This document shows, piece by piece, positions 39,922-53,588 of a stretch of 64,000 bases of DNA (positions within the stretch are counted from its first letter, which is position 1; the number at the start of each line of letters is the position of its first letter). Under the pieces are notes generated by a model. It was not told where the DNA came from. It did not search any database and saw only the letters and a list, made by a program, of their open reading frames with translations. The position numbers were made by a program, and so were the translations under genes. The DNA lies in assembly GCA_013265495.1 (NCBI GenBank), contig MU058452.1, positions 1 to 64,000 on the forward strand, read 5' to 3'. The DNA comes from Vicugna vicugna. Taxonomy: Eukaryota.

Positions 39922-39923
<2 letters not shown>

Positions 39924-39952
<29 letters not shown>
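39924..39952. repeat. Poly(T) tract
   Basis: About 29 consecutive T. Confidence 0.95.
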
Positions 39953-39955
<3 letters not shown>

Positions 39956-42900
39956 GCCATCCTCCCAGCCACCAGAATGGGCCTCATTTGCCTCTCATGT
40001 TCCTTCCTTCGTATCACGGAATAGGGCTTTCATACGTGGGCTCAAACACTCGAGCAGAGGAAGTGCTGGTGTGATTCCTAGAGGAACCACTTGTGCCAGA
40101 CCACCTGGCAGCAGCGCGCGCTTGCCCGCCGCGGGGCCATCTCCCCAACAATTTCCATCACACATTCCTGGCCGTGCGCTGAATATTTTACCAAAGACAA
40201 GCATCCAGAACACTATGCCTGCACAATAAAGGTTTCCCCCCACCAGCTTCAGAAATGAGTGACAAGAATTTTATTAGCCAAGGAGATGTCTCTTGAAGCA
40301 ACGCAACAGTGATTTTATTGCTGCCTAAGTGTGAAGCTTTATTGTGTACATATTTGTTTGCTTTTAATCATTCTGTGATCCCCAGATGAATGGTATAGAA
40401 ATGTAAAGACTTTTTTTTTGAAAAGTTCAAATGATTGCCTAAAAGCGTAAAGGAATACAACTTAATGAAAATAAGTTTTCCTGGTTATATAGCCTATTTT
40501 GAAAAGCTTGAGGATAATACAAGAGATTTTCTTATTAATTATTAATACTAATCATTAGTTATTATAGCCTTTAATCCAGAAGGGTAAACAAGAAACCTAA
40601 CATTCATTGTAAACAATTGATTTTATTCACTTGAGTTTTTGTAGAGAATGTGCATCATGAATTTTGAAGGCTGTCTTGTTCTATGTGAATATGTCATATT
40701 GCTGAATTTCTGGATATCAAGGAAGGTCATGGTAACTTCTTGTCTTCGGAATGTCACTGCACAGCTCAGTGAGTCTTTTCATTTCAAACACTGTCTGCAA
40801 TGGCCAGTTTCTTCCCCTCTCCAAAATCCACAATGCTTGTTAATCAACAACTTTTGAGGCATCTCATTTTATACCAATTATCTCTAAGTCTTAACAGTGT
40901 CTCTTTGGTACTCAGCATACGTATCATTTCAAGTTTCAGTTCTCAAGTCTGATAAAACTAATAAACCCACACTGCCAGAGGTGGCACATTAAGCTGGTAA
41001 AATGGTTTTCATCTTAATTGGATATGAGCACTGTTATCGCTAATAACCCCAGGATACTTCTAATTGGACTCTCTCTCTCTCTCTTTTATTTTTAAAACAC
41101 TAATCTCATTGACCAGCCTTAATTTCTTCATCCCCCACTCCCCAAACCCAAATCTTGAAATGCAATATGGAAGTATTCTTATTTCAGGAGGTTATTTCAA
41201 CATTTTTTTTTGTATGAAGCCACAAAAGGTAAACATTTTTGTCAAAATAAATGTTCCTTTTTTTAAGTTTTCAGAAAAAAGAAATTGTAGTAAGACTATC
41301 TTATTGACTTTGCAATAATGTCTCTAATGCAATTTAGTTAGCTGCCAGCTTCACCTAAGGAGACTAAATTCTCAATTTTCAGTCATTTTTAAAAGATGAT
41401 GATCTTCTCTGTTGCATGATTTATTGCAATCTTAATGCAGGTTGTATATCAGAAGGAAACACTATTTTAAAAGTTACTGCACACACAAAGACAAGAGTTT
41501 TGTTTTATCTTGATTTTACAAATATTGGCAAATATATACAAAAATTACAGAGATTTGGATGTTGACATTATAGTCAAGAGATGAAAAACTGACGCGACTG
41601 CTTCCCCAGATAGCAGCAATTTACCTGCTGGTAAACACACACTGACCAACACAGGGATGTAAACACTTGATTCTATTCCACAACATCAATTTGAAACTAA
41701 ATTTTGATGCGCAAAATCAACCCCTACTTTCCTTTTTCACTAGTCTTTTTAGATTCAGTAGCCATATCCTTGGTACTAAAAGGATAATAAAATAAATAAA
41801 ATTTTAGGGGGTGGGGGGTTAAAAAAAAGGAAAAAAACATCTTTCTGATTTCACAAACCAGCAATTTTTACCCCAATAAGTATAAAACCTGGAGACTGCT
41901 TATGTTTTCATTGTTGAAAAATGTCATGTGAGCCATTCACTGGCAGAAATAATTTATTTTTAATAGATACCGTGATTTTTTTCTGGAGCAATATATATTT
42001 TATCAGTTGAGTGTGGGCCTTCAAAATTATTATCACTATTCCCATATAATTAAAAGTCTTTATGTAGACATCATTAAATAATTATGGATGTGCAAAAGAA
42101 ATGCTTGCCACTTCTCCAATCCATAAAATGACAATTGAAAAAAAACTATTCATTAATTTATATTTACATTTCTGGCAACTAAATGAGCAATGCCTGGTGC
42201 AAGGATGAATGTAGGTCAAAGGGCTTTCATAGAAAGTCTTTTCTAAAACCAAAGCTGTAGTACCATCACATATGCCTTTTATGTTGACTTAGAACATTGT
42301 ATATCATTGTGACTCTAAAAAACGTCTTTTGTGTGAGTATATAATACACACATGTACCTATTTATATGTAGGAGATATTCTGTATATGTAGACATATAGG
42401 ATGTATACGGTGAAAAGGATATTTATATGATATAAAACATATATATATATGCACACACATGCATATACTTATAATGGTGATGACAATGATGATTTTATGG
42501 AGTGGGAGTCACACTCCAAGATGCTCTGCCGGCCTCTGTGGAGAATATGCCCATGTGTGAGACAAGAGCCCTACCTTTCTTAAATGCATAATCTGGTTGT
42601 AGAAACTTATTATATATATATATATAGTTTAAAAACTATATTAAAAACTATAATTGAACTATAAAGTGGAATATAGAGTTACACATGCCGTTAAAACAAA
42701 TCATAACTAAAACTTTGACCAAAAACTCTTACCAGGAAGGGAAAAAAAAACCTTATAGCTGCATGTAGTTGTGCTTTATGTATACACATTTACATGCATT
42801 TTACATGTTCTACTGTAAGGATGTTATGCACATTAAACACACACAAGAGAGCAATAAGAGGAATGAGATAAGGTGACATCCGTATTCATAGGAGTTCTGA

Positions 42901-43463
42901 TATTCTTTTTCTGCCCACCCAATGGGGCCATTGCCCACTTTCAAGACAATGGTAGAGAAAATACATGTTTTTTGATGCCTGTTGTAGATTATTGTGTTCC
43001 CCTTAGTAGATGTGATGGGCAAAGCCATTCCATTCCTAATGGAAGAAAGAAGGACAGAGAAAATGTTTCCAAATATCACAGGGTAAGTCTCATCTCATGC
43101 CATAACTGTAGGGTTCTGCCATTTCTTCAACAGTGGCAACTTTCATGTTCACAGGTCGTCTTTCCCATCACCTATATACCAGACAGTCTTACTCCCAAGG
43201 TATGGGACCCTACTCTCTCCCACCTTGCCCCTTGCCAAGATCCCAGCCCCTTGTCTGCCATTTCTTCCACTTGAAGAGTTTGCTTTTCAACTTCATCAAA
43301 GGCACTGGATTCAGGCTTCTGCATTACCTCCTAGTTTGTGGTCAGGAAAACTTAAGTAACTTGCCCAAGGTCAAGCAGACTGTGATGAGCAGGGCAAGAG
43401 CTTATGTTGCTCCTACCATTGGTGTTGTCTTCAGACGAGGACCGGTGTGGGGGGATGTGCAGA

Positions 43464-44650
43464 GCATTCATTTCACAGGTGACCCTTTTGGAGACAGGCA
43501 TTGTGCCAGGCTATGGGGACACATTGTTCAAGAAGACTGGCTAGGCTCCAACAGAACAGAAAGCTCATGTTCTAAAGGGATATGATGTCAAATAAACACA
43601 CCCACAAATGAAAGAGAAGGTAATCTCAGAGAATGGTAAAAGTTTGGCAATTGAAAAGGAAAACCTTAGATGATAAGCTGGAAAGTGACATATCTGCAGG
43701 AAGGGGACAGTGCATAATTTAGGTGATCAGGAAAATAGCTTTGAGGAGCTGGTATTTGAACTGAAAACCGAAAAGAGCTGGTGGGGAAAGAATTGGGACA
43801 GAGAATTCCAAACTGAGGTAGAACTGTCAGGTGGACCTTCAAATGGAAATGAAAAACCTTAAGATGGAACTAAAGTTGCCATATTTAAAAAAACATAAAA
43901 TCAACACTGGTAGCTGGAACATGGTGAGCCCTGGGGAGATAGTGGGAGGTGAGGCATCAGGTAGGACCTCGTGAGCCAGGATGAAGAGTTTGGTTGTCAC
44001 GATAAATGCATGAGGAAGGTGCGGGAGATTTTTAAGCTGAGGAGTGACATGGTCTAGTTTACGCTGTAGAGATCACTGGCTGCCATGCGGAGAACGGATT
44101 CTAGAATAACTAAAGGAGCAGCAGGGAGACCAGTTATGAGGCTGTTTCAGGAGCAGAGGCAAGAGATGGGGGTGATGGGGAGGAGGAGTGTAGCAACAGA
44201 GTCAGAGAGAAGTGGTGATGGAGACCGAAGGATCTTCTGATGGATTTCACGTTGGCAGTGTGGAAACGAGAAGGCTCGAGGACACGAGGGTTTTTGGCTA
44301 GAGTCTTATGCTGAGTACACTGAGTACACTGTCATACACAAAGATGAGCTAGAATGGAAATTTGGTGTGTGAGAAATCCTGAGACCTGATTTGGCCATAT
44401 TAAGCGTAAGATATGTGTGTGAGATGTCCAGCAGGCAGTGGGATACCCGAGTCTGGAACTCAGTAGAGAAGCCAGACATAGAGATAGAACTTTTGGAGTC
44501 AAGAATGTACAGCTGGTGTTTAAAGCCGAAAGAACCGAATGAGATCATCTAGGGTGAATGAATATATAGTCAGAGAAGAGAAGAGAGTCAGGGTGACTCC
44601 AACAATTAGAAAGGAGAAGAGGATCCAGCAGAAGGAGCTGAGAAGAAAAG
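43464..44650 (-). mobile_element. L2 LINE, about 1.2-kb 3' portion
   Basis: tgtgccagg...ggtatttgaactga...ttttaagctgaggagtgacatggtctagttt...agatcactggctgc...gggagaccagttatgaggctg...gtctggaactcag. Confidence 0.85.
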
Positions 44651-44936
44651 ACGTGTATTGCAATTGGACTTTTTAAAAGAAGACCCCCAGGTCCCCCAAG
44701 TTGTGTTTGCATAATCACTCAAACATCTAATTGAGCACATACTATGGAATAGCACTCAGTTGGATCTGACGATATAAAAGTAATTGACTCACCATCTGCT
44801 GGGAAAGAAACATGAACATTGGCAGTGCCACTTAGCAAATTTGCTTCCTTTTTCGTCCCTAGACCTGACTGCTTGATGTCCCGACAAAGACAGCTTATAC
44901 TTGGCTGATCGATATTCTGGTCCTGCTGCTCCATTT

Positions 44937-44967
44937 CCCCTGGGTCTCACCCCTGGGTCTCACCCCT
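44937..44967. repeat. 13-bp tandem duplication
   Basis: cccctgggtctca twice, plus cccct. Confidence 0.9.
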
Positions 44968-46530
44968 TGAGACTACATTCAGCTAAAGACATGTGGGCTG
45001 AGTAACTTGGAAACCCTTAAGAGACCATGCAGAGGCCTCAGGGAGAGAAGATGCTACAGCAGATCAGTCCCCTGGGAATGGGAAGGTGATGGTGGGAGGA
45101 GCGGCGGGGATGTGCGAAAGGAGTTCAAGTTGAGTCCAACTTGAGTTTTCTTCCCAGTTTCCTAAGAGAACTTACAAATCCTTCCAGCTTCCTTGCCATT
45201 GTATCACCCCTACCAGCTCCAATTTCTCCCCTCCCTCTCATATTTTTCAGTAGGATTGGTTTGGGGAAATTTGCCACTCTTCTGGAAAATATGAGGAGAG
45301 TTCACTTTATATTAGGTCCTCAATCAGGCAGCTTCACTCCTGAATCTTCTTTTGCTAGAAACAGTCTTTGATGGTTTACAAAGTTATCACACATGCTTCA
45401 TTCGTGTCTTTAATTCCTGACACCTATACATTTAATAACTACTGAATATATATTTTATGTACAGATAAATTTACATGGATAGAAACACTACTCTTACCTG
45501 AGGACTCATTTGCATTTAATTTAGAAGTTACTCTCATTTTACAGCTTGACTTGGGAAGTTTTTTTTTAAAAATAGCTATTTTAAACCGTTATACATTTTT
45601 ATTTATTTGTAATAGTTATACATTTAGATTTATTTATTTTTTTATCCTCTTCTTGCTTAAATCCAAAAAGTATTTAAAGTGGCTGGTTATGTCCAGGCAG
45701 GCTGATACGTCTTTCTTTGCATGGTTTCACTGTATTATCTCCAAAGCAAAGGGAACATATTTGGTGATTATTTGGTTTATTGGATGGGTTGGAAGTGTTT
45801 TTGGTCTTAATTATTTGGCCACTGGTGCTGCCAGGTTTTTCTAAATAATTGCCTCCTTCCACCGTGGCCACGCCTGTCATGGCTCCCTTTGTACCATTTT
45901 CAGGATTCGGGACAAGCCGTGAATGAATTCAGCATCTTGTTTAGCACCTCCATTCGGCCCACGCCTGGGCCAAGTGCCTGAAGGTCCAGCAGCAGACAGC
46001 CCCTGTACTGACCTCTCTCAGGAGCACACATTCTAAGAGAACACAAGTGGCTTCCATGTCATTTCTACCCTCCGTTATTTTTCTGTCACTAAACCTCAGG
46101 AAATGATGATTTAAAAAACACAGTGCAGTCGTTCATCCTCCCCTAAAAGTTCACATATGCTCTACTTTCCTATATCGGAAATCAGTTAAGGTAAACATAC
46201 CCCAGACCATACTTGGTGTGTAATGTGCGGGCAAAGTAAGTTTGCAAGTCATTTCTAAAAGTCTCTGCGTATAAAACAGGGATGCAATTTCAAAATACCT
46301 CGCTAGGCAGGCAAAAAAAATACATGATAATAGCTACTGCTTGTTGCACACACCTGCTATGTGCCGGGAACATTTTGACGTCACTTACATATGTTATTTC
46401 ATTTAATTCTCACAGCAGCAATGGGCGGGGCTGCCTTAGGGAGGCACGCTTGACAGTGTTTAGTACATCCGCAGGAGAAGCTGTGGCTCAGTCTGCTTTT
46501 TCCATGTGAAATTGGAGCTTCATAGTGTTA

Positions 46531-46647
46531 TTTTTACTAATTTGTTTGTTTGTCTATTTATTTATTTTTAATGGAGGTACAGGGGATCCAGCCTGGGACC
46601 TCATGCATGCTCAGCACGTGCTCTACCCCTGAGCTCTACCCACCCCC
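46531..46647 (-). mobile_element. Camelid tRNA-derived SINE (Vic-1-like)
   Basis: Minus strand gggtagagctcaggggtagagcacgtgctgagcatgcatgaggtcccaggctggatcccctgtacctcca plus (taaa)n tail; homologous to 9265-9415. Confidence 0.85.
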
Positions 46648-49600
46648 TCCATCTATAATTTTAAAATATTCAGCCTCTAGATTTAAAAACTATCACATTA
46701 TATATGCATGTTGTCTTATATACATAGTATTTTTATATAAGTATTATTTTATAAGTACATTTTATTTTATATGTGCATTTCATTTTATGTATCACATCAT
46801 AGTTACTATACACTGTGAGAGCCATGCAAGGCACATTTGTGGGCTGGTTGCCACCTTGGGGCTCAGTGGGCAGCCTCTGGGACATAAGGTCTAGAGTCAG
46901 CTCGGTGTTGGTAAGGACAGCCCAGAGCTGGGGGGGGGGTGTTGCATGACTAGGCATGTGGCTCTTCATTTCCTCGTCCCATGAAGTCCTGGGTTGACAC
47001 AGGAGCTAGTGTGACACTCTCAGCTGAATAACATTCTTCCGGGCTTCACCTGCACATCCCTAGGATTGATTGCAATATTAGGGGCGCAATCAATGATGCT
47101 AAAACTAAACAGTAATCTAGGCCTGCTCACAAGAGGAACGGGGACCACATAAGGCCCTCCCCACTTTCCCCTATCATGGGAACACCTGATCCGGAACTAA
47201 TTTTTGATGTAACATCCACAAGCTTCACTATGTATGTCTTTATTCACACTAGATATGAACGCTTGAGAAAAATATAAGTGAATATCTTTGAAGGGGACAT
47301 TTTCAGTTTCACAGGAATTACTGTCTTTTAAGAACTTTAAAAACGTGTTCTTCTGAGCCCCAGAAGGCTGTAAGGAGGAGATTAAGGACGTGTCCCTCTC
47401 CATCAGTTTCCCTGGCTCTCTGTTTTTGCTGTATACTGAGGCTCTGACTACTGTTTCATTTGAAAAGGGGTTTCTCTGGCACTGAGAAAAGTTAAATTCT
47501 AACACTAAAGTCTTAAGCATGAATTCTTTTTCATCTCAATTTCCTGCAAAAGCTGGTTTTTTTTTTCCTACTCATGAATAATTCCTAGAAAAAAAAATGA
47601 TTCAAAGAGTTGGAGTAGCCCCCCTTTTTTTTCTTCCCTGGCCATAGAACTATATGATCCTGACTTCTCAGCTGGAATTCTGGGATGGTAAGCCACCCCC
47701 TAAACTGCTGACATGATGCACATACTGTTTTCCTGGCAGGATGGTTTCGTGCCCATCTGCTCGGGGGCACCATGCCAACCGAATGCGGGCCTCACAGGAG
47801 AGACAGTGCCACTGGGTTCCCTTCCGTGCAGCAGTCTCTGAATTAGGGCACAGGCCAATCGCAGGAGATCACATTTGCTGATACTGTTGGTAAAGAACCA
47901 GCAGCAAACATCCAGGCCACGTGCCCCGTTCCCCAAGCCATCTCCCTCCCAGGCATCAGCAAACTGAATGTATAGACCTGGCTGACTGAGACATGCCTGA
48001 GACTTCCTTGTTTGCATATATCCTTTCTGAAAAAGAACAACTGGTTTCGTTTTTTTTTTTTTCCCCCTTGTGCAACATAAGGAACCTGTTTCCTCCAGCC
48101 CCATACTGAATCTCCTTATTCTGCCTTTGAACCTCGGAGTCTTATCGGGTTAGGTCAGGCGTCATGAAGTTAAAGAGAAGCAAGTAGGTGCCTGAATAAT
48201 TCTGAGATCTTTTTTTTTTTTTTCCTCTCTCTCTCTGTTCCTCTCTCCATTTTCTCCCTCTAACTTTCCTTTTATTTCTGTTGAGGTCATTTACGGAAAT
48301 CTGCAAGCTGGTGGCCTCTGTCAAACGCATGCATTCTCCTGAGGGGAGCGGCTGCAGCCACGTCAACCTGCAGGTTGAATGGCTATTGACACGCTGTGAA
48401 GTTGGCTCACACCCACGTGCATCCAGCCACGTGACCACATAAAACATGCGCCTGCAAGCCCGTGCTCTCCCGTAGCTCCTCAGAGCGCGCTGTGTGCCAT
48501 TGTGCAAGTGTTCCTGACTTTTATTTTTAATCAAGGACCCCTTTAATTATCTGCTTCTGACTCCCCATGAACATCATTAATTGAAAAATACCCCACTGCA
48601 TTTATTAAGTACACTGTGTGGCTTAATTGAAGATAAATGTAGAATTTCTTGGGCTTTTCCATTGTAGGAAATAATCATAGGGCTTCCATTGCTACCTTTG
48701 AGAATTCTTAAGAGCTAAGAGGACCCTGATTTGGGGGCATTGTTGTAAATGAGGATACTGGACAAGAAACCCAGAGGTTTGGACTCTGGTGGAGCCACAG
48801 CCAAGGATCTATTCCCAGCATCTTTATTTCCTCATCTGCAAAGTGAAATCCAGAAGTGGTTGCAGTCCAAGGCTCCTTCTGGACCCATGGTTTTTCCTCT
48901 CCTGGACCTGAGCCCTGGGGGAACAGGTGGGTAGCTCTCTAGCTTGTGGCCTTTTCTAGCTTCCTGACTTCCCAGTGCTTCTTCCGATGTGAAGACCATC
49001 CTATACGTGCAGACCCGCAGAAGAGCCCTGGAAATCCTGAAGGAGACCCCGGCGATGTGTAGGAGGGAGCCTAGGGCTAGAGATGAGATCTTCTGCTTGA
49101 GAAGCGTTAATCTAGCATCTCACATTTCTGCCTGGAAGAACGCTTAATGATTTAATAGCTTTTAAAATGACTACATAGAAGCCAAATGAATCAGGATGTG
49201 GGGCTGTGTTGTGGGTCTACGACACCTGTTATCGCTACTCAAGTATTTCTTCAAAAGTGGTATTGAATCTACTTCATAGTTATTAAACTAAAAATACATT
49301 ACATTCCAAAGATGTTTTGGAAACAATAGATTTGGATATTTACTGGTGGCGTCCATCATTTCAGCAAACTCACTGCGGGAGCAGCTGGGGTCTCCCCGTC
49401 TAAACTGTGTGGTGTTTAGAGATGAAGTGTCTCATTCTCCCACTCGTTTACAAGATTGCACTTAAGGGAAAGGAGTCACCTGACCCTGTTTCATGCCAGA
49501 GGTCAAAGAAATACACACTTGGAAACCTTTGTGACATGTATACCATATTACTAACACATGGTGTCATTTTTATCTGGGGTAGAAATAAACAGCTATTGCA

Positions 49601-50231
49601 TGGATACGTATATGGAGAAAATTGGATCACAGATGGTAAGTTTGTGTGTACTTTAAGAATAACGTTGGTTATGTAGATTATGGTAAAAATAACAATTTAT
49701 AGCTAGTGGGAAAACATCTTCTAAAGGGAATAGTAAATTCTTAACCAGTTGCATCATTTTTATCGGAATCAATAGAATGAATCTAAGATCTTTTTTTTCC
49801 AAACTCTAAATTCTATGATTTTCTGTAGACCAAATGAAGAAAATGTTCAATTGGATACGAATGGATGGTGTAATCCTTGTTACGAGTGAATCAGTTTTGG
49901 CCTTAAGATACACTGAATGTTTCATGTTCAATTTATGTCTCAAAAAAGAAGGTCTAATTCTAACTACCTAAAATGAACTAACGAGGAGAATTGTATTGCT
50001 GTTACAGGTGTATCTAGTATGTGAAGCAAGATTTACATGAATAGCAATACATCGCTAATCCTGTCCTGAATGGACAGGAACCAGATGGGCAACAGCGGTC
50101 TGGTGACCTGGGATGGTGTGAGGTCAGGTGGAGAGGGAGCCTGAGGCTCTGCTGCAGCTTGCACTCTGCGCAGCTGCCCTGACCATGAGCCCCCTCAGCA
50201 TAGTCATCACCATACAGTGTTTAAGGTTAGA

Positions 50232-50455
50232 GCTGGGTGTACGGCCGTCCTCACAGGGGCTGTCCTGTCTGGACTCAGATGAGGCTTAGCATTCGAGACA
50301 CTTAGCAGCCATGGATGGAGGGATCCCAGCTGTCTGCCAACCTGAATCTGGCAGGTCTTTGGCAATGTGGTCAACAAAACGTACTTTGAGATAACCAAAG
50401 ACTTGGGGAGAAGGTAAGATCTAAGTTGAGCCTTGAAGAACAGTTGGATGGGATT
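50232..50455 (+). repeat. About 220-bp dispersed duplicate, copy 1 (partner 51294-51515)
   Basis: Direct alignment; the ORF track shows matching peptides VISKYVLL.TLPKTCQ..VGRQLGSLHPWL in both copies. Confidence 0.95.
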
Positions 50456-50464
50456 ATACAATTC

Positions 50465-50680
50465 TCATACAACCCAGGTTCAAACCCTGATCACTTCTGT
50501 GAAACTTTAACCACTTCCTCCATCTCTCTGTATTTATTTCCTCCATCTCTTAACTCTACTATGCATAAGCAGGTGATTAAAATTGCCTTTCAGTGAGGAA
50601 TTCAATGCAATGATACGTGTCAAATCCCTGATGCACAGTGTTTGAGAAACATGCTAATATCATTATCATCACCTGTGTAT
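50465..50680 (+). mobile_element. MIR SINE
   Basis: cccaggttcaaaccctg...tttcctccatct...gtgaggaattcaatgcaatgatacgtgt. Confidence 0.6.
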
Positions 50681-51293
50681 TCTACTTACTTATCTTGAGA
50701 CTAAATGAAAAGTTATTTGAGCACTGTACAAAAAGGTCCCTTCACGAACTCAAAATATTACTAGGGATAGAATTATTTTTCTTTCTCAAATTAAAACTTC
50801 TTTTCAAACACTGAGAAGAGAGGCAATCTATAAAGTCTTGAACCTCAAGTTTTTATTTTTGGTATGTCTTGGGTCTGCTTATTTTTTTGTTTTTTTTTTT
50901 TAATATGTTATGACCATTAGGGAATTGGAAAAAGGATTAGAGAGCCTAAAAATACTATAGGCTTATAAATCCACTTAGCTTGAGAATGACTTTCTGAGGC
51001 AACTGGCCTTTCCAAAATAAATTTGCAAACACTATCCTTACCAAAAAAAAAAAAAAATTAGAATTTGGCGCAGTAAAAGAATTTGGGCCATATCAGCTTG
51101 TCATTCCAAATTCTAAAATATTTAGTCTTACTTCAAGATAAATAGCAACAATTGAACTTAAGCAGCTAAGAAAAATAAACATACAACTTCTTGAAAATGT
51201 ACAAATAACTAGATGGTTTAAAAAATGTTATCAGAAATGTCTTTACGACTAACAAGGTCGAAATTAAACAGTGACCACAGAGAATGTTTGTTT

Positions 51294-51515
51294 CTGGCGT
51301 ATCGCTGTCCTGACAGGGGGCTGTCCATTCTGAGGGGAGACAAGAGTCCGCGTTCGCGACACTTGGGAGCCATGGATGGAGAGATCCCAGCTGTCTGCCA
51401 ACCCGAACCTGGCAGGTCTTTGGCAGTGTGATCAACAGCACGTACTTTGAGATAACCAAGACTTAGGGAGAAGGTAAGATTTGAAATGAGCCTTAAAGAG
51501 TGGTTGGAAGGGATT
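51294..51515 (+). repeat. About 220-bp dispersed duplicate, copy 2
   Basis: Offset about 1060 nt from copy 1, same orientation. Confidence 0.95.
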
Positions 51516-53052
51516 CTATTATTTACTTCAGCTGCAATAATTTTCCTTCTTCCCATCTCTCCACCTTCCCCACACCACCAGCTTCCACATACTTCAAGGT
51601 GATCACGGAGACAGGTGATGCTAGGGGAAGTCAGTTTGACTGCGGAAGGCATCGACATGAGAGTGAGCAGAACAAAACCAGGATTGAGGGGGCCCCTGGA
51701 ACTGATGATCATTTCATGAGTTGACCTTGTCTTTCCCAAGTGACTTGATTAAACACACACTCTGGAACTCGCCTCAAATTCAAATCTCTCCATTGTCAAC
51801 TGTTACCTGTGGCCCTGGGGCATGTGTCTGCTGTTCTTTGACAGGGTAGTTTTTACATTTGTTTAAAAAAAAAGAAAAAGAAAAAAGATCAAAATTGCAT
51901 TGTGTGAGGCTAGATGATTTATTATTTGTTTGCAATATGCCAAATACATTGCCCTGGGAGATAGTTTTGTTTATGCCCTAGTATTTACTTTGCATTTAGT
52001 GTCTTGATAAATTCAGCTAAAATCACAGGTGTCACCAATCTATGTCTTATGATACCCTATTAAATCTTAGACTTTTTTTTTTCCAAGTCAAGAATAAAAA
52101 AAAAAACTCAGGAACCTCTATTTCTGGAGTTTAATTGAGTAATCACTTCAAGAAATATCTGAGGTTGTTTTGTTTACTGGAAATGGCTTAAGAGAAAACA
52201 TTTAAGACATATTTCTTTTCAGTTTGCTATATCTTGCCAATATCCAGCTTTCTCCAAATTAAGATTTATTCTCCATAAAAACATTCATAACTACAGAATT
52301 CAACCAGAGTGTAACGATTTAAATGATTGCTATGAAAGGATATTTGTGATAACATTTTTAAAATCCAAATTTCTAATAATTTCTTGTTTCCTTAAAATTC
52401 ATAGTGTTTTTGAGTAATAATAATAAAACTGGAATTTTTGGTTCTCACCACAAGTAATGATACCTCAAATAGGAATTACAGTATGTAAAATGGAAATTTT
52501 GAAAACACTCTGAGTTTTAGAGTGGCAAAAATTTAAAAAATCAAAATCTTACTCACTTGGCTGTTTTGACTTCTATTTTCTCCCACTGATAACATAAATA
52601 TGAAGGAATTGACTGGATGTGTCTGATGTTATACAACTAGTTAACACAGGAGAAGATCTACTAGGCTTAGATACCTGGATTCAGCAAACAGAACTTAATT
52701 CAAAATAAGAAGAACAAGATAATGTGTAATTGCCCTTTTTTTCCTTTTTAATATCTAAAGCTGTTGTAGTAATGGTTGTGGTTATTTTCCTGGACAAACA
52801 TGAAATTTTCCTGGTAACCTGTCCAGCTCTCTGCCTTCAAAGCTGAACACATGTCATAGACCAGGCTGGTCCTGTTCCTCATTCCACAAACCGTAGTGGT
52901 TGGTACAGAGGTGGGCAAGTGACCCAATTCTCACCAGAATTCTTCCCCAAGTTTTTTTCATTTTTGTTTTCGTTTGTTTTCACAGTGACTAAGGGGAATA
53001 CAATTCTTCCTTCCTAGGTTGTTAAGGCTTGGCTCCATGACTCAGGATGAGC

Positions 53053-53588
53053 AGTAAAGGACTGACCTTGGTTAAAGAAGAGTTTGGTCCTTTGCCCTTG
53101 ACTCCAAGGAGGTAATCTCTAAACTCGTGCAATGTTCTGCCTGATATTAGCATCTTTGTTTACTTAGGGGTCTTCAGCCGGGCCAGATAGTCTATGCCAA
53201 CAGTATAATTTTTGGTGAAGGGCGGTGGGTCGTGTGGTACCAGCTCAAGTTCTAGAAAGTCTTGAGCTTCAGATCACTCATGTGGGTGGTCAGCTTGTCT
53301 ACAGATGACCAATTCCTAATCAAAACTCTGGACAACACAGCTCAGGTGAGCTTCCCTGGCTGGGAGTGTTCTGTGCATGTTCCCATCCATGGTCACTGGG
53401 AGTAATCTGGACTATCCACATGATTCCACTGGAACAGGACATATGGAAACTTCATGCTTTTGCTAATTTTAATCTGTATCCTTTCACTGTGATAAACCAG
53501 AGCTATGAGTATAATGACTTTTCTCAGTATTATGAGTTTTACCAGTAAATGATTGAAACTGAGGGTGGTCTTAGGGACCTCTCAAACA
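53053..53588 (+). mobile_element. MER21C-like ERVL LTR
   Basis: ggaggtaatctctaa...gctcaggtgagcttccctgg...ttttaatctgtatcctttcactgtgataaac...tgagggtggtcttagggacc. Confidence 0.75.

Noticed and set aside
42873..43585. Overlapping 133-aa and 150-aa plus-strand ORFs
   Set aside because: They run into MIR and L2 remnants, use non-ATG starts and show no recognisable homology.
47065..47094. 9-bp inverted repeat attgattgc...gcaatcaat
   Set aside because: A few stems of this size are expected by chance in 64 kb.
51218..51739. Longest ORF in the track (173 aa, minus strand)
   Set aside because: Non-ATG start and no recognisable domain. The peptide similarity between ORFs in this area is explained by the DNA duplication.
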